DNA from: a virus
Lineage: Duplodnaviria; Caudoviricetes
Length of the DNA: 61,998 nucleotides
Reading direction: 5' to 3' (one strand)
IMG/VR virus record: IMGVR_UViG_3300030372_001090
Location: 1-61,998 of that record
The first letter of the stretch is position 1, and every line of letters begins with the position of its first letter. The position numbers and the translations under genes were made by a program. Below, in pieces: positions 35,853-45,153 of the stretch. The notes below the pieces were generated by a model. It searched no databases and had not been told where the DNA came from. It was given only the letters and a program-made list of their open reading frames with translations.

Positions 35853-36067
35853 GGAAGTTAATGTTAGGCGAGATCAACAACGTAATAAGAAACTGTATGG
35901 CGGGTTTCTTTCTTCCTAAAAAAGGTTTGGGTGGTAACGTAGTGAGTTCCCGAGTTGGAATTTATAAAATCTACAAACGGCAGGATAAAGCAAAATATCT
36001 AAGTACAATTACAGCTTTAAAGATAGTGCACGATTGAGACGATATAGTACCACACCTGCCCAACCTT
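35853..36067 (+). ncRNA. Candidate structured intergenic RNA
   Basis: Several nested complementary segments and a possible pseudoknot (see findings). Confidence 0.35.
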
Positions 36068-36091
36068 ATTTATTAACTTAATAATGTAAAA

Positions 36092-36268
36092 ATGGATAAA
36101 GAATACAGAAAATTTTTAAGCAATTACAAGTACAGAGTTTTAGATTACAACAGTTGGAGCGAGTATGTAAAGAATGAGTACAATAAGATGAGGGAAAAAA
36201 ACCTCAAAACAAGACAAAGAAAAGAAAGAAAGCAGTTAAAAGACACCCCAATAAATTTTAATTGGTAA
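36092..36268 (+). CDS. Hypothetical protein (58 aa, MDKEYRKFLSNYKY...)
   Basis: Not in the ORF track; TAATG coupling to the next gene. Confidence 0.65.
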   Translation: MDKEYRKFLSNYKYRVLDYNSWSEYVKNEYNKMREKNLKTRQRKERKQLKDTPINFNW

Positions 36269-36465
36269 TGGAAGTATATCTTGTAAGCAGATGTTGTGGA
36301 GACACCTTTGAAGAGGTAGAAATTATAGAAGATTGGAATAATCAATACATTTGTTCTGATTGCGGAGAGTATTGCGATACTATGACAAATTATGATTACG
36401 GAGAATTAGTAAGATACGATAGAGATGAAGCAATGGAAGATGAAAGAAGAGCATTCAGAAGATGA
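36268..36465 (+). CDS. Small zinc-ribbon protein
   Basis: SRCCG...ICSDCGEYC; start moved to ATG 36268. Confidence 0.7.
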   Translation: MEVYLVSRCCGDTFEEVEIIEDWNNQYICSDCGEYCDTMTNYDYGELVRYDRDEAMEDERRAFRR

Positions 36466-36599
36466 AAGAAATACACGACATGATCTTAAAAGAAAAGATG
36501 AAAGAGAAACCTAACAAAAGATTTATACAATGGTTGCAAAGGTTGAATCAAGACATCTTAAAAAAAATTATAATAAACAGTTATAAAGGGAGGGAATAA
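36462..36599 (+). CDS. Hypothetical protein (45 aa, MKEIHDMILKEKMKEKPNKRFIQWLQ...)
   Basis: Not in the ORF track; ATGA overlap. Confidence 0.6.
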   Translation: MKEIHDMILKEKMKEKPNKRFIQWLQRLNQDILKKIIINSYKGRE

Positions 36600-36724
36600 T
36601 CCCATTAATTAACGGGTACAGCCCATATATTAAATGTTTGCCCTTTATATTAAGGGGGGAGTTAAAAAGGCGATTTTGCCGTAACAGTTAATACTATTAG
36701 CTTTCCCCTTATAAATTAAATTAA

Positions 36725-37003
36725 ATGAAAAGACTATCACAATATCTAGTTGATAAACTTAGATCTGAACAACATCTAAGAAACTACAATAAAGCAAATA
36801 GATTAGACACTATTGAAATGAATAATTATTTCAAAGAGTGCGATAAAATAGAAATAAAAGGTAGATTTGTATCTGCCTGTAAATACGCTTTGCCTATACC
36901 TCAAAGGGTAATTATCAAAAATGATATGAGCAAGTATAAATTAAATAAACAACTAACAGAAGAATATATAAATAGATATGAAAGAAATAAGAAAAACTCC
37001 TAA
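36725..37003 (+). CDS. Hypothetical protein
   Basis: 92-aa ORF with an AAATTAAATTAA leader. Confidence 0.7.
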   Translation: MKRLSQYLVDKLRSEQHLRNYNKANRLDTIEMNNYFKECDKIEIKGRFVSACKYALPIPQRVIIKNDMSKYKLNKQLTEEYINRYERNKKNS

Positions 37004-37304
37004 CTACTATATAGGAAAAAATGAGTATGAAGCCATAGAGGTTATATACGGATTTTCCTGTTCATTCAATGTGGGTAACGCAGTTACTTATTTATTAAGA
37101 GCTGGAAAAAAAGGAGAGGAAGGTATGACTCAACTAGCCAAGCATATAGAGGATATAGAGAAAGCAATACATCATTTGCAAAAGGAAATAAACTTTCTTC
37201 ACATTGACGATCTAATGAAAAAAGGAATGAGTTATAAGAAGGCAAAAGAAACAATAGAAAAAATTAATCAATTAAAAAAAGAAAATGAAAAGAGAAATAT
37301 TTGA
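36978..37304 (+). CDS. DUF3310-like protein
   Basis: PNYY...EAIEVI...FNVGNAVTYLLRAGKKG...EDIEKAIHHL. Confidence 0.75.
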   Translation: MKEIRKTPNYYIGKNEYEAIEVIYGFSCSFNVGNAVTYLLRAGKKGEEGMTQLAKHIEDIEKAIHHLQKEINFLHIDDLMKKGMSYKKAKETIEKINQLKKENEKRNI

Positions 37305-37578
37305 TAAATATGCTACGGCAATAGCTGATAGGTTTCATCTTACTCTAGATGAAATGTTTAGTAAAACAAAAAAAAGAGAAATAGTAGACGCAAGACAAAT
37401 GCTTTACTTTTTGTCTAGAGAAAGACCAATAAGAATTTCATATATACAAAAATTTATGGAAGACAACGGGCATATTGTTACTCATTCCACAATTATACAT
37501 GGTTATAATAAAGCTAAAGAATCTGTTGACAACGATCAAGACTATGCTGACGTTATTAATCAAATAAAAAATGTATAA
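37285..37578 (+). CDS. DnaA C-terminal (domain IV)-like HTH protein
   Basis: SKTKKREIVDARQMLYFLSRE...HSTIIHGYNK matches the Bac_DnaA_C pattern. Confidence 0.75.
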   Translation: MKREIFDKYATAIADRFHLTLDEMFSKTKKREIVDARQMLYFLSRERPIRISYIQKFMEDNGHIVTHSTIIHGYNKAKESVDNDQDYADVINQIKNV

Positions 37579-37987
37579 CATAATAGATATATATAAACAA
37601 GCTATGAATGATGACGCTATGAAAATAGTAAGACATGATAATGTGAGCTATATAAACGTAGGCGTTAAGATAAGTAAGTTTCCAAGTAAAACAGAAATAC
37701 TTAATTGTTCAAGAAACGGAGATTACTTTCAAGAAATATCTAGCGATGAATATAATATGTTCTACAATAATGGGTGGGAGGCAGGTTGTATTATTCTTGC
37801 AATATCTAACTGTGTTAGAAAACTAAAAATGATACAACAAAAAATGCAGGAAGAAGTTAATTCAAGAAAAAACGATAAGTTTATCAAAAACTTAAAAACA
37901 AAACGGGAGTTTGTTATGAAAAGATATTCTTATTATACACAAAAACTAATTAAACTAAAAAATCATGACAAAATTAAAAACAGTTAA
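37571..37987 (+). CDS. Hypothetical protein
   Basis: 138-aa ORF overlapping both neighbours. Confidence 0.7.
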   Translation: MYNIIDIYKQAMNDDAMKIVRHDNVSYINVGVKISKFPSKTEILNCSRNGDYFQEISSDEYNMFYNNGWEAGCIILAISNCVRKLKMIQQKMQEEVNSRKNDKFIKNLKTKREFVMKRYSYYTQKLIKLKNHDKIKNS

Positions 37988-38492
37988 TATAAAAGGTAAA
38001 GAATATGTTGAAGTTAATACAAGACTCAAGTTCTTTAGAGAAGTATATCCCGAGTTTACTTTGGATACTGAGATCATAGAAATTACAGAAGATACCATAA
38101 CAATGAAAGCCATAATTCTTAACGAAGAGGGTAGATTGATTGCTTCGGGTACGGCAAAAGAAAGAAGTGGATCTTCGTTTATAAACAAAACATCATATGT
38201 AGAGAATTGCGAAACCTCAGCGTGGGGTAGAGCATTAGGTAATTTTGGAATCGGGTTGGATACGGCTGTTGCGTCTGCGGACGAAGTTTCAAATGCCATC
38301 TTAAATGAAAAGAAAAAACCCACAACACCTACTAGATTAGAGTTAGTAGTTGATGATGAAAATTGGGGTAAAGTATTAAGCTATCTAGCTGATAATAAAG
38401 CTCTTGGCTTAGACAAGTTAGTAAAAAACTTAGAACAAAAGTATACTATAAAAGCCACAGTCAAAAAGGAATTGTCAAAACATCTTAAGTAA
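37965..38492 (+). CDS. Single-strand annealing protein (Rad52/Sak-like)
   Basis: KGKEYVEVNTR...INKTSYVENCETSAWGRALG; adjacent to an exonuclease. Confidence 0.65.
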   Translation: MTKLKTVNIKGKEYVEVNTRLKFFREVYPEFTLDTEIIEITEDTITMKAIILNEEGRLIASGTAKERSGSSFINKTSYVENCETSAWGRALGNFGIGLDTAVASADEVSNAILNEKKKPTTPTRLELVVDDENWGKVLSYLADNKALGLDKLVKNLEQKYTIKATVKKELSKHLK

Positions 38493-39235
38493 TGGTAGAA
38501 TCAAAATTAACTTTAGACCTTAAAAAATTAAAAGAGGACAAATATTATTATGGAGATTTTGGAAGACAATGGCTATCTAATTCTGATATAAGACATCTGC
38601 TGAATGATCCTAGAAAATTTAGGCAACCTCAAGAAGAAACCAAAGCAATGCTAGAAGGAAGGTTTTTTCATACAGCTATGTTAGAAAAAGAAAAGCTAGA
38701 TAGTTATACATTACTAGACGTATCTAGCCGAAATACAAAAGCATACAAAGAATATTATGCAGAACATAATAAGATGGCTCTGCTAACACAGGAGGCACAT
38801 AATATATTAGATGTTGTAGACGCAATGAAATTAAATGTAGAGATGTACGAAACTATATATGACAAAACAAATGAGTATGAAGTCCCTATGATAAAAAATA
38901 TTATGGGTCTTGATTGGAAGGGTAAAGCTGATATTGTTTGTCAAGACAAACTTATAGATCTGAAGACAACCTCAGATATAAATAAATTTAAGTATAGTGC
39001 TAGAAAATACAACTATGATAGTCAAGCGTATATCTATCAAGAGTTGTTTGGTTTACCACTAGAGTTTTATGTAGTTGATAAAACAACATATCAATTAGGT
39101 ATATTTACGCCAACTGATGAGTTTTTAGAAAAAGGTAAAGAAAAAGTAGAAGACGCAGTCTTTATTTATAATACTTTCTTTTCTGAAAACGCAGTAGAAG
39201 ATATAAATCAAATTATTATACACGAAACATTATAA
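38492..39235 (+). CDS. PD-(D/E)XK exonuclease (RecE/DUF3799-like)
   Basis: LSNSDI, GRFFHTAMLE, KGKADIV, IDLKTT, YDSQAYIY. Confidence 0.85.
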   Translation: MVESKLTLDLKKLKEDKYYYGDFGRQWLSNSDIRHLLNDPRKFRQPQEETKAMLEGRFFHTAMLEKEKLDSYTLLDVSSRNTKAYKEYYAEHNKMALLTQEAHNILDVVDAMKLNVEMYETIYDKTNEYEVPMIKNIMGLDWKGKADIVCQDKLIDLKTTSDINKFKYSARKYNYDSQAYIYQELFGLPLEFYVVDKTTYQLGIFTPTDEFLEKGKEKVEDAVFIYNTFFSENAVEDINQIIIHETL

Positions 39236-39289
39236 AACAGTAGAAGTTCCAACTACTATTTTTTGGAACAATTAATTAAATAAAATAAT

Positions 39290-39541
39290 ATGGATAAAAA
39301 AATTTATGTAGGTAGCGGGACTGAAAAGTTTGACGGCAACCTAGTTTCTTGCAGTTTATGTTTAACTGATCTTCCTGCTGAACACATTTTTGAGTATAGT
39401 GGAAAGAAATATATTAAGCTAAATGTTCAGAAGAAACAGCAAGCTGATGAGTATGGCAAGACTCATTATGTTGCTGTTGACACATGGAAGCCAGAGCCAA
39501 AGAAAGAGCAGGCTACAAAAGAAGAGGACTTGCCGTTCTAA
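39290..39541 (+). CDS. Putative single-stranded DNA-binding protein
   Basis: 83 aa, GKKYIKLNV...DEYGKTH; acidic C-terminal tip EEDLPF. Confidence 0.6.
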   Translation: MDKKIYVGSGTEKFDGNLVSCSLCLTDLPAEHIFEYSGKKYIKLNVQKKQQADEYGKTHYVAVDTWKPEPKKEQATKEEDLPF

Positions 39542-39549
39542 TAATTGTT

Positions 39550-39658
39550 AGGCACTATAAGGGTAGCCCACAACGGGCGAATAATTTTATTAACCATATT
39601 AAATCTTAATTTGCGTTTCATAAATTTTAAATGTTAAGCCTTTATAGTGCCTTTTTTT
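39550..39658 (+). terminator. Long stem with a large loop followed by a T-run
   Basis: AGGCACTATAAGGG pairs with CCTTTATAGTGCCT, followed by TTTTTT. Confidence 0.5.
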
Positions 39659-39669
39659 CAACAAAAGAA

Positions 39670-42051
39670 ATGGAGATAACTATATTTAAAGACATTAAAA
39701 ACACATCGCAACCTTTTTACAGAAACGTAGAGGTAGTTTTAACAAGAATAGAGCAGGGTAATTCTAAAGATATTGTTAAGAAGATAAGGTCTGAAAGAGA
39801 TAAAGAAAAAAGAAACGAATTAAAAAAACTATTACCTGCTATTTGTTTTAGCGGAAAATTTACAAAGCGTAATGACTCATCCCTCACTCAGCATAGTGGC
39901 TTGATATGTCTAGATTTTGATGGGTACAAATCAAATAAAGAGTTACTTGAAGAAAAAGAAAAATTAGCTAAAGACAAATATATATTTGCAGTTTTTATTT
40001 CGCCTAGCGGTAAAGGTTTAAAGGCATTAGTTAAAATACCTGAAGATCTAGACAACCATAAAAATTATTTTAATTCTCTTAATAAACATTTTAATTCTGA
40101 TTATTTTGATACTACGTCTAAAAATGTATCAAGGGTTTGTTATGAGAGTTACGATCCATTAATTTTTATAAACTTTACATCTAGTCTTTGGGATAAGATA
40201 GACGCACCAGATTTTGTAGAATTCAACAAATACAAAGACAAGCCAACCATTCCTGTAACTGATGAAAACAAAATAGTTGAAATACTTTTAAAGTGGTGGG
40301 AAGGTAAGTACGGCTTAAGAGATGGAGAGAGAAATAATAATGTATATATACTAGCTGCGGCTTTTAATGATTTTGGAGTGCCAAAAAATTTAGCAGAGTA
40401 TGTCATGAGTAACTTTGACAGTAAAGATTTTTCTTCACAAGAAATTAAAAGAACAATAGACTCAGCTTATGCACAGGTACAAAACTTTGGAACAAAATAC
40501 TATGAAGATGAGGATAAAGTTAATCAAGTAAAACAACAACTAAGAAGAGGTGTATCAAAAAAAGAAATCCGATGTCAGTTAGAAGACGAAAATATTGATG
40601 TCGGAGATATTGATAATGTTATAGTTCGTCTAGAGGAAGAGCAGTCTAATTATAAGTTTTGGACTAAGAACGAAAAGGGAGTAATAAAAATAGTACACAT
40701 CTTATTCAAAAACTTTTTAGAAGACAATGGGTTTTATAAGTTTAATCCTGAAGGAAGTAAGAGTTATGTTTTTGTTAGGGTAACTAATAATTTAATAGAC
40801 CACACGACAGAAAAAGAAATAAAAGATTTTGTTTTAACTTATTTATTATCTGTTGACGACCTCTCTGTTTACAATTACTTTGCTGAACACACTAGATATT
40901 TTAGAGAAGAATTTTTGACATTGCTTTCTTCAATAAATGTATTTTTTATTGCCGACACAAAAGACACAGCTTATTTATATTATATGAATTGTGCAGTTAA
41001 AATAAACAAAAGCGAAATTGTGCTTATAGATTATTTAGATTTAGGTGGATATGTTTGGAGAGATCATGTTATTGATAGAAATTTTACCTTATGTAAAGTT
41101 GGCGAATGTGATTATAAAACTTTTATATCTAATATATGTGGAGAAGATAAGAGTAGAATTGACTCAATGGAATCTACCATTGGTTATTTGTTACACGGCT
41201 GGAAAAATTTATCCTATTGTCCCGCAGTTATATTAAATGATGAGGTTATATCAGACAACCCTGAAGGTGGTACGGGTAAGGGTTTGTTTATGAATGGTAT
41301 ATCTAAAATGAAAAAGAATGTTACCATAGATGGTAAGAGTTTTACTTTTGAAAGATCGTTTGCTTATCAGTTAGTTTCTGCTGATACACAAATACTTTGC
41401 TTTGATGATGTAAAAAAATCCTTTGACTTTGAAAGATTATTTAGCGTTATAACTGAAGGATTGACTTTAGAAAAGAAAAACAAAGACGCAATAAAAATAC
41501 CATTTGCAAAATCTCCAAAGGTGGCTTTGACAACTAACTATGCTATAAAAGGTAAGGGCTCATCGTTTGAAAGAAGAAAGTGGGAATTAGAGTTGGCTCA
41601 GTATTATACCAAAGACTTTACTCCTTTAGTTGAGTTTGGTAAATTAATGTTTGGAGAATGGGATGATAACGAATGGTGTCAGTTTGATAATTATATGATT
41701 AAAAATTTACAAATGTATCTTGAGCATGGATTATTGAAAAGTCAGTTTGTTAATCTAAAAGTAAGGCTTCTTATAGCAGAGACAGACCATGTATTTATAG
41801 AGTGGTGCGGACTCATTGGAAGCGGATCTATAAATGATAAATTAAAACCAAACACTAGAATATATAAACCTGATCTTTATACAGATTTTATTGAAGACAA
41901 CCCTGACTTTGCACCCAAGTCTAGATTTACAGTCTCAAGAATTAAATTTTATCAATGGATAAAAGCCTTTTGTTTGTTTTATTACAAGGTTGAGGCTCAA
42001 GAGGGTAAAGACTTAGGCGGAAGATATTTTATTTTTGAAAAGAATGATTAA
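39670..42051 (+). CDS. Primase-helicase (BT4734/VirE-N primase + PriCT + SF3 helicase)
   Basis: KKLLPAICFSG, HSGLICLDFD, FISPSGKGLK, SRVCYESYDP; GERNN; Walker A GGTGKG and Walker B ILCFDD; start moved to ATG 39670. Confidence 0.85.
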   Translation: MEITIFKDIKNTSQPFYRNVEVVLTRIEQGNSKDIVKKIRSERDKEKRNELKKLLPAICFSGKFTKRNDSSLTQHSGLICLDFDGYKSNKELLEEKEKLAKDKYIFAVFISPSGKGLKALVKIPEDLDNHKNYFNSLNKHFNSDYFDTTSKNVSRVCYESYDPLIFINFTSSLWDKIDAPDFVEFNKYKDKPTIPVTDENKIVEILLKWWEGKYGLRDGERNNNVYILAAAFNDFGVPKNLAEYVMSNFDSKDFSSQEIKRTIDSAYAQVQNFGTKYYEDEDKVNQVKQQLRRGVSKKEIRCQLEDENIDVGDIDNVIVRLEEEQSNYKFWTKNEKGVIKIVHILFKNFLEDNGFYKFNPEGSKSYVFVRVTNNLIDHTTEKEIKDFVLTYLLSVDDLSVYNYFAEHTRYFREEFLTLLSSINVFFIADTKDTAYLYYMNCAVKINKSEIVLIDYLDLGGYVWRDHVIDRNFTLCKVGECDYKTFISNICGEDKSRIDSMESTIGYLLHGWKNLSYCPAVILNDEVISDNPEGGTGKGLFMNGISKMKKNVTIDGKSFTFERSFAYQLVSADTQILCFDDVKKSFDFERLFSVITEGLTLEKKNKDAIKIPFAKSPKVALTTNYAIKGKGSSFERRKWELELAQYYTKDFTPLVEFGKLMFGEWDDNEWCQFDNYMIKNLQMYLEHGLLKSQFVNLKVRLLIAETDHVFIEWCGLIGSGSINDKLKPNTRIYKPDLYTDFIEDNPDFAPKSRFTVSRIKFYQWIKAFCLFYYKVEAQEGKDLGGRYFIFEKND

Positions 42052-43276
42052 GTTTAGAGACTATCAAGTAGATATTATAAATAAAGCGTTAGGCATTTTA
42101 TTTGCTCACGGCTTTGTATACTTAGCTATGGAAGTTAGAACAGGCAAGACCCTTACAAGTTTAGGAATTGCAAACAGAACGCCTTGTTCTAATCTTTTGT
42201 TCCTTACAAAAAAGAAAGCTATCTCTAGTATTCAAGAAGATTATGACTTGTTAAATCCTGAGTATAATATTACTGTAATAAATTACGAATCTATACACAA
42301 GATAAAACAAACGGGTTGGGATGTAGTTGTTTGCGATGAAGCTCATACTCTTGGTGCGTTTCCTAAGCCAAACAAAAGAGCACGACAAGTCAAAGAGATA
42401 CTTACAAGATCCGCACCACTTGTTATTTTATTGAGCGGTACTCCTACTCCAGAGTCTTACAGTCAAATGTTTCATCAGCTCTATGGGATACAAGGTAGCC
42501 CTTTCAAAAAATTTAAAAACTTTTATGCTTTTGCCAGAGTATATGTTAATGTCACACAGCGTAAAATAAATAGTTTATTTATTAATGATTACTCAAAAGG
42601 TTTACAGTCTATCATAGACGATGTTGCTCCTTATAAAATTAATTATACGCAAAAGATGGCAGGTTTTAAAACAGAAACTAACGAAAAAATACTTTATGTA
42701 GAATTAGAGGAAAAAACCAAATCGTTGATAAGTAGAGTAAAAAAAGACAGAGTTATTGAGGGTAAAGAGGAATTGTTGCTGGCTGATACTCCAGCTAAAC
42801 TTATGACTAAAGTTCATCAAATGTGTTCTGGTACAGTTAAGTTTGAAAGTGGTAACTCCATTACTTTAGATTACAGCAAAGCAAAATTTATACACAATTA
42901 TTTTAAAAATGAAAAAATAGCTATCTTTTATAAGTTTACTCAAGAATACAAAGCATTGAAAGAAATATTTAACGACAAGATTACCAACGATTTACAAGAG
43001 TTTAAGACGACAGATAAATGTATTGCTTTACAAATTGTTTCAGGAAGAGAGGGAATTAGTTTGAGACAGGCAACAAGTTTAGTCTATTATAATATTGATT
43101 TTAGTGCTACATCTTATTGGCAAAGTAGAGATAGAATGACAACAAAAAATAGAGAGACCAATAATATATTTTGGATTTTCAGTCAAGATGGAATTGAAAA
43201 AGATATCTACAAAGCTGTTGTTAAAAAGAAGGATTACACCCTTTCACATTTTAAAAGAGATTTATTAGATTTGTAG
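42044..43276 (+). CDS. SF2 (SNF2-like) helicase
   Basis: FRDYQ, VRTGKT, VCDEAH, LSGTP, GREGISL, QSRDR; start moved to ATG 42044. Confidence 0.85.
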   Translation: MIKFRDYQVDIINKALGILFAHGFVYLAMEVRTGKTLTSLGIANRTPCSNLLFLTKKKAISSIQEDYDLLNPEYNITVINYESIHKIKQTGWDVVVCDEAHTLGAFPKPNKRARQVKEILTRSAPLVILLSGTPTPESYSQMFHQLYGIQGSPFKKFKNFYAFARVYVNVTQRKINSLFINDYSKGLQSIIDDVAPYKINYTQKMAGFKTETNEKILYVELEEKTKSLISRVKKDRVIEGKEELLLADTPAKLMTKVHQMCSGTVKFESGNSITLDYSKAKFIHNYFKNEKIAIFYKFTQEYKALKEIFNDKITNDLQEFKTTDKCIALQIVSGREGISLRQATSLVYYNIDFSATSYWQSRDRMTTKNRETNNIFWIFSQDGIEKDIYKAVVKKKDYTLSHFKRDLLDL

Positions 43277-43277
43277 T

Positions 43278-43517
43278 ATGACTGAGCAGCAGATACAGAA
43301 TAAACGCATAGCTCAGTTAGAGAGCCAAGGTTACTATGTTATTAAACTAACAGTAACAAATAAAAACGGAATTCCAGATCTAATTGCAATACCTCACGGG
43401 TCTAAAGTTTTGTTTTCAGAAATTAAAAAACCAAAAGGTAAGCTCTCAGCTTTACAAAAATTTAGAATAAAAGAACTTGAAGAACACGGAATACAGACAG
43501 AAATATATAGAGGCTAA
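43278..43517 (+). CDS. VRR-NUC domain nuclease
   Basis: EQQIQ, GIPDL, FSEIK, GKLSALQ. Confidence 0.85.
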   Translation: MTEQQIQNKRIAQLESQGYYVIKLTVTNKNGIPDLIAIPHGSKVLFSEIKKPKGKLSALQKFRIKELEEHGIQTEIYRG

Positions 43518-43812
43518 AGGTTATGACGTTGAAGATTACTTCATGGACAACCTTTCTGAAATGAATTTATATACAGCATTGAAGATAGCTACCTTTATTG
43601 AAAAAAATATACAACTAATAGACGAAACAAAATTACGCTCTACAGTTTTAGGAGGCTGTATTGTTCATACTATTGGAGAGCCAATTACTTTTGTGATTGA
43701 AATGATACGCAAAAAAAAGGGATACACTACCTTAACAGACGTACAATTAATTGACATGGATGAATATTTAGATTTAATGTTATTAGATTGTTATATAAAA
43801 ACTTCTGAATAA
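43477..43812 (+). CDS. Hypothetical protein
   Basis: 111-aa ORF; start uncertain. Confidence 0.6.
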   Translation: MKNTEYRQKYIEAKGYDVEDYFMDNLSEMNLYTALKIATFIEKNIQLIDETKLRSTVLGGCIVHTIGEPITFVIEMIRKKKGYTTLTDVQLIDMDEYLDLMLLDCYIKTSE

Positions 43813-43835
43813 TTAGGATAAGTCATTTTTTTGTT

Positions 43836-43843
43836 TATATTTG
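43836..43843 (+). promoter_or_regulatory. Bacteroidota-type -7 promoter box (TATATTTG)
   Basis: Intergenic, about 16 nt before ATG 43860. Confidence 0.6.
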
Positions 43844-43859
43844 GAAAAACCAAGTATAA

Positions 43860-44051
43860 ATGCCCAGAGTAGCACCAGAAGACGCTTCAACTATCGCACA
43901 CATTAAATATGTATCTGACAGTATACATACTTTTGGTGATAACTTATACGAGGACTTAATGGAGAGAGATCATGAGGCTGCAAAGAAAAACGCACAAGAG
44001 TTAATTAAAATATTAGCTGATTTAATTCAATCTCTTTCTGATGAAATCTGA
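43860..44051 (+). CDS. Hypothetical protein
   Basis: 63 aa, helical. Confidence 0.7.
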   Translation: MPRVAPEDASTIAHIKYVSDSIHTFGDNLYEDLMERDHEAAKKNAQELIKILADLIQSLSDEI

Positions 44052-45153
44052 TAAGGAAAACAAATACGGCAAGCGTATCAGGTTATCTCCTGACGAAGTA
44101 GATTTTATCTTACAAAGAAGAGCAAAAAACTTAGACAATATAAACAATAACACCGCACTTGATATACATCTTGAAGAAAGAGGTATAGATAAAAAAGACG
44201 TTGTAAGCGTAAAGCATTGGCAAAGCGGAAGCGGGGACTACAGATTTTCTATTGTTACAAAAGAAAACTTAGAGTTAGATGAGCAGCAAATTTTTGGAAA
44301 AGTAAATTCATTTATAGCTAACTACGCACCTGATTATAAGCCACTCCGAAAAAAAATAAAAGAAAGAAAGTCAGGCCATCTTTTAGTTGTAAACCCTGCT
44401 GATATACACATAGGTAAATATGCTAATGAAAAAGAAACAAAGCAAGAGTATAATACTGAAATAGCCGTCTCAAGGGTTTTAGAGGGGGTTAGCGGCCTTA
44501 TAGAGAAGTCAAAGGGGTTTGATATTGATAGGGTTTTATTTTGCATAGGCAACGATGTATTACATATAGACAACGTATATTCTACTACAACTAAAGGTAC
44601 ATATCAGGATACAGATGGTAAGTGGTGGGAGCATTATGAAGTAGCTTTGCAACTTTATGTTAAATGCGTTGAAATGTTACGCAAAGTTGCCCCTGTAGAT
44701 GTTTTGCACAGTATGAGCAATCATGACTATCAGTCAGGATATCATCTAGCACATACTCTTAAAAGCTGGTTCAGAAAAGCAAAAGACGTTTTCTTTGATA
44801 TCAGCGTATCTCATAGAAAGTATTATAAATATGGAACAAACTTGTTAGGGTTAGAACACGGGGACGGAGCGAAAATGGTTAACCTACCTTTGCTTATGGC
44901 TCAAGAGAATCCAGTAGATTGGGCATCAACAACACATCGTTATTGGTATTTACACCACATACATCATAAAGTAAAACACAAGTGGTTAGACGGAAAAGAT
45001 TACATAGGAGTTACTGTAGAATATATGAGATCGCCTTCGTCTTCAGATAGCTGGCACTCACGCAAAGGATTTACTGGAGCTCCATTAGCCTGCGAGGGGT
45101 TTATACATAGTAAACTAACTGGGCAGGTGGCACGACTAACTCATTATTTCTAA
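44041..45153 (+). CDS. Calcineurin-like metallophosphoesterase
   Basis: ADIHIG, GNDVLHID, SNHD, EHGD, HHIHH. Confidence 0.85.
   Translation: MKSDKENKYGKRIRLSPDEVDFILQRRAKNLDNINNNTALDIHLEERGIDKKDVVSVKHWQSGSGDYRFSIVTKENLELDEQQIFGKVNSFIANYAPDYKPLRKKIKERKSGHLLVVNPADIHIGKYANEKETKQEYNTEIAVSRVLEGVSGLIEKSKGFDIDRVLFCIGNDVLHIDNVYSTTTKGTYQDTDGKWWEHYEVALQLYVKCVEMLRKVAPVDVLHSMSNHDYQSGYHLAHTLKSWFRKAKDVFFDISVSHRKYYKYGTNLLGLEHGDGAKMVNLPLLMAQENPVDWASTTHRYWYLHHIHHKVKHKWLDGKDYIGVTVEYMRSPSSSDSWHSRKGFTGAPLACEGFIHSKLTGQVARLTHYF

Noticed and set aside
36030-36055. GATATAGT resembling the group I intron S element
   Set aside because: No matching R element, no interrupted gene, and the region is too short.
39110-39470. 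Other CTGATGA occurrences as additional hammerheads (also near 10340 and 17077)
   Set aside because: They lie inside coding sequence and lack the stem II-GAAA-stem III-NUH arrangement.
39631-39669. Track start of the primase-helicase at 39631
   Set aside because: The extension lies in the stem/U-tract; ATG 39670 has a typical A-rich leader.
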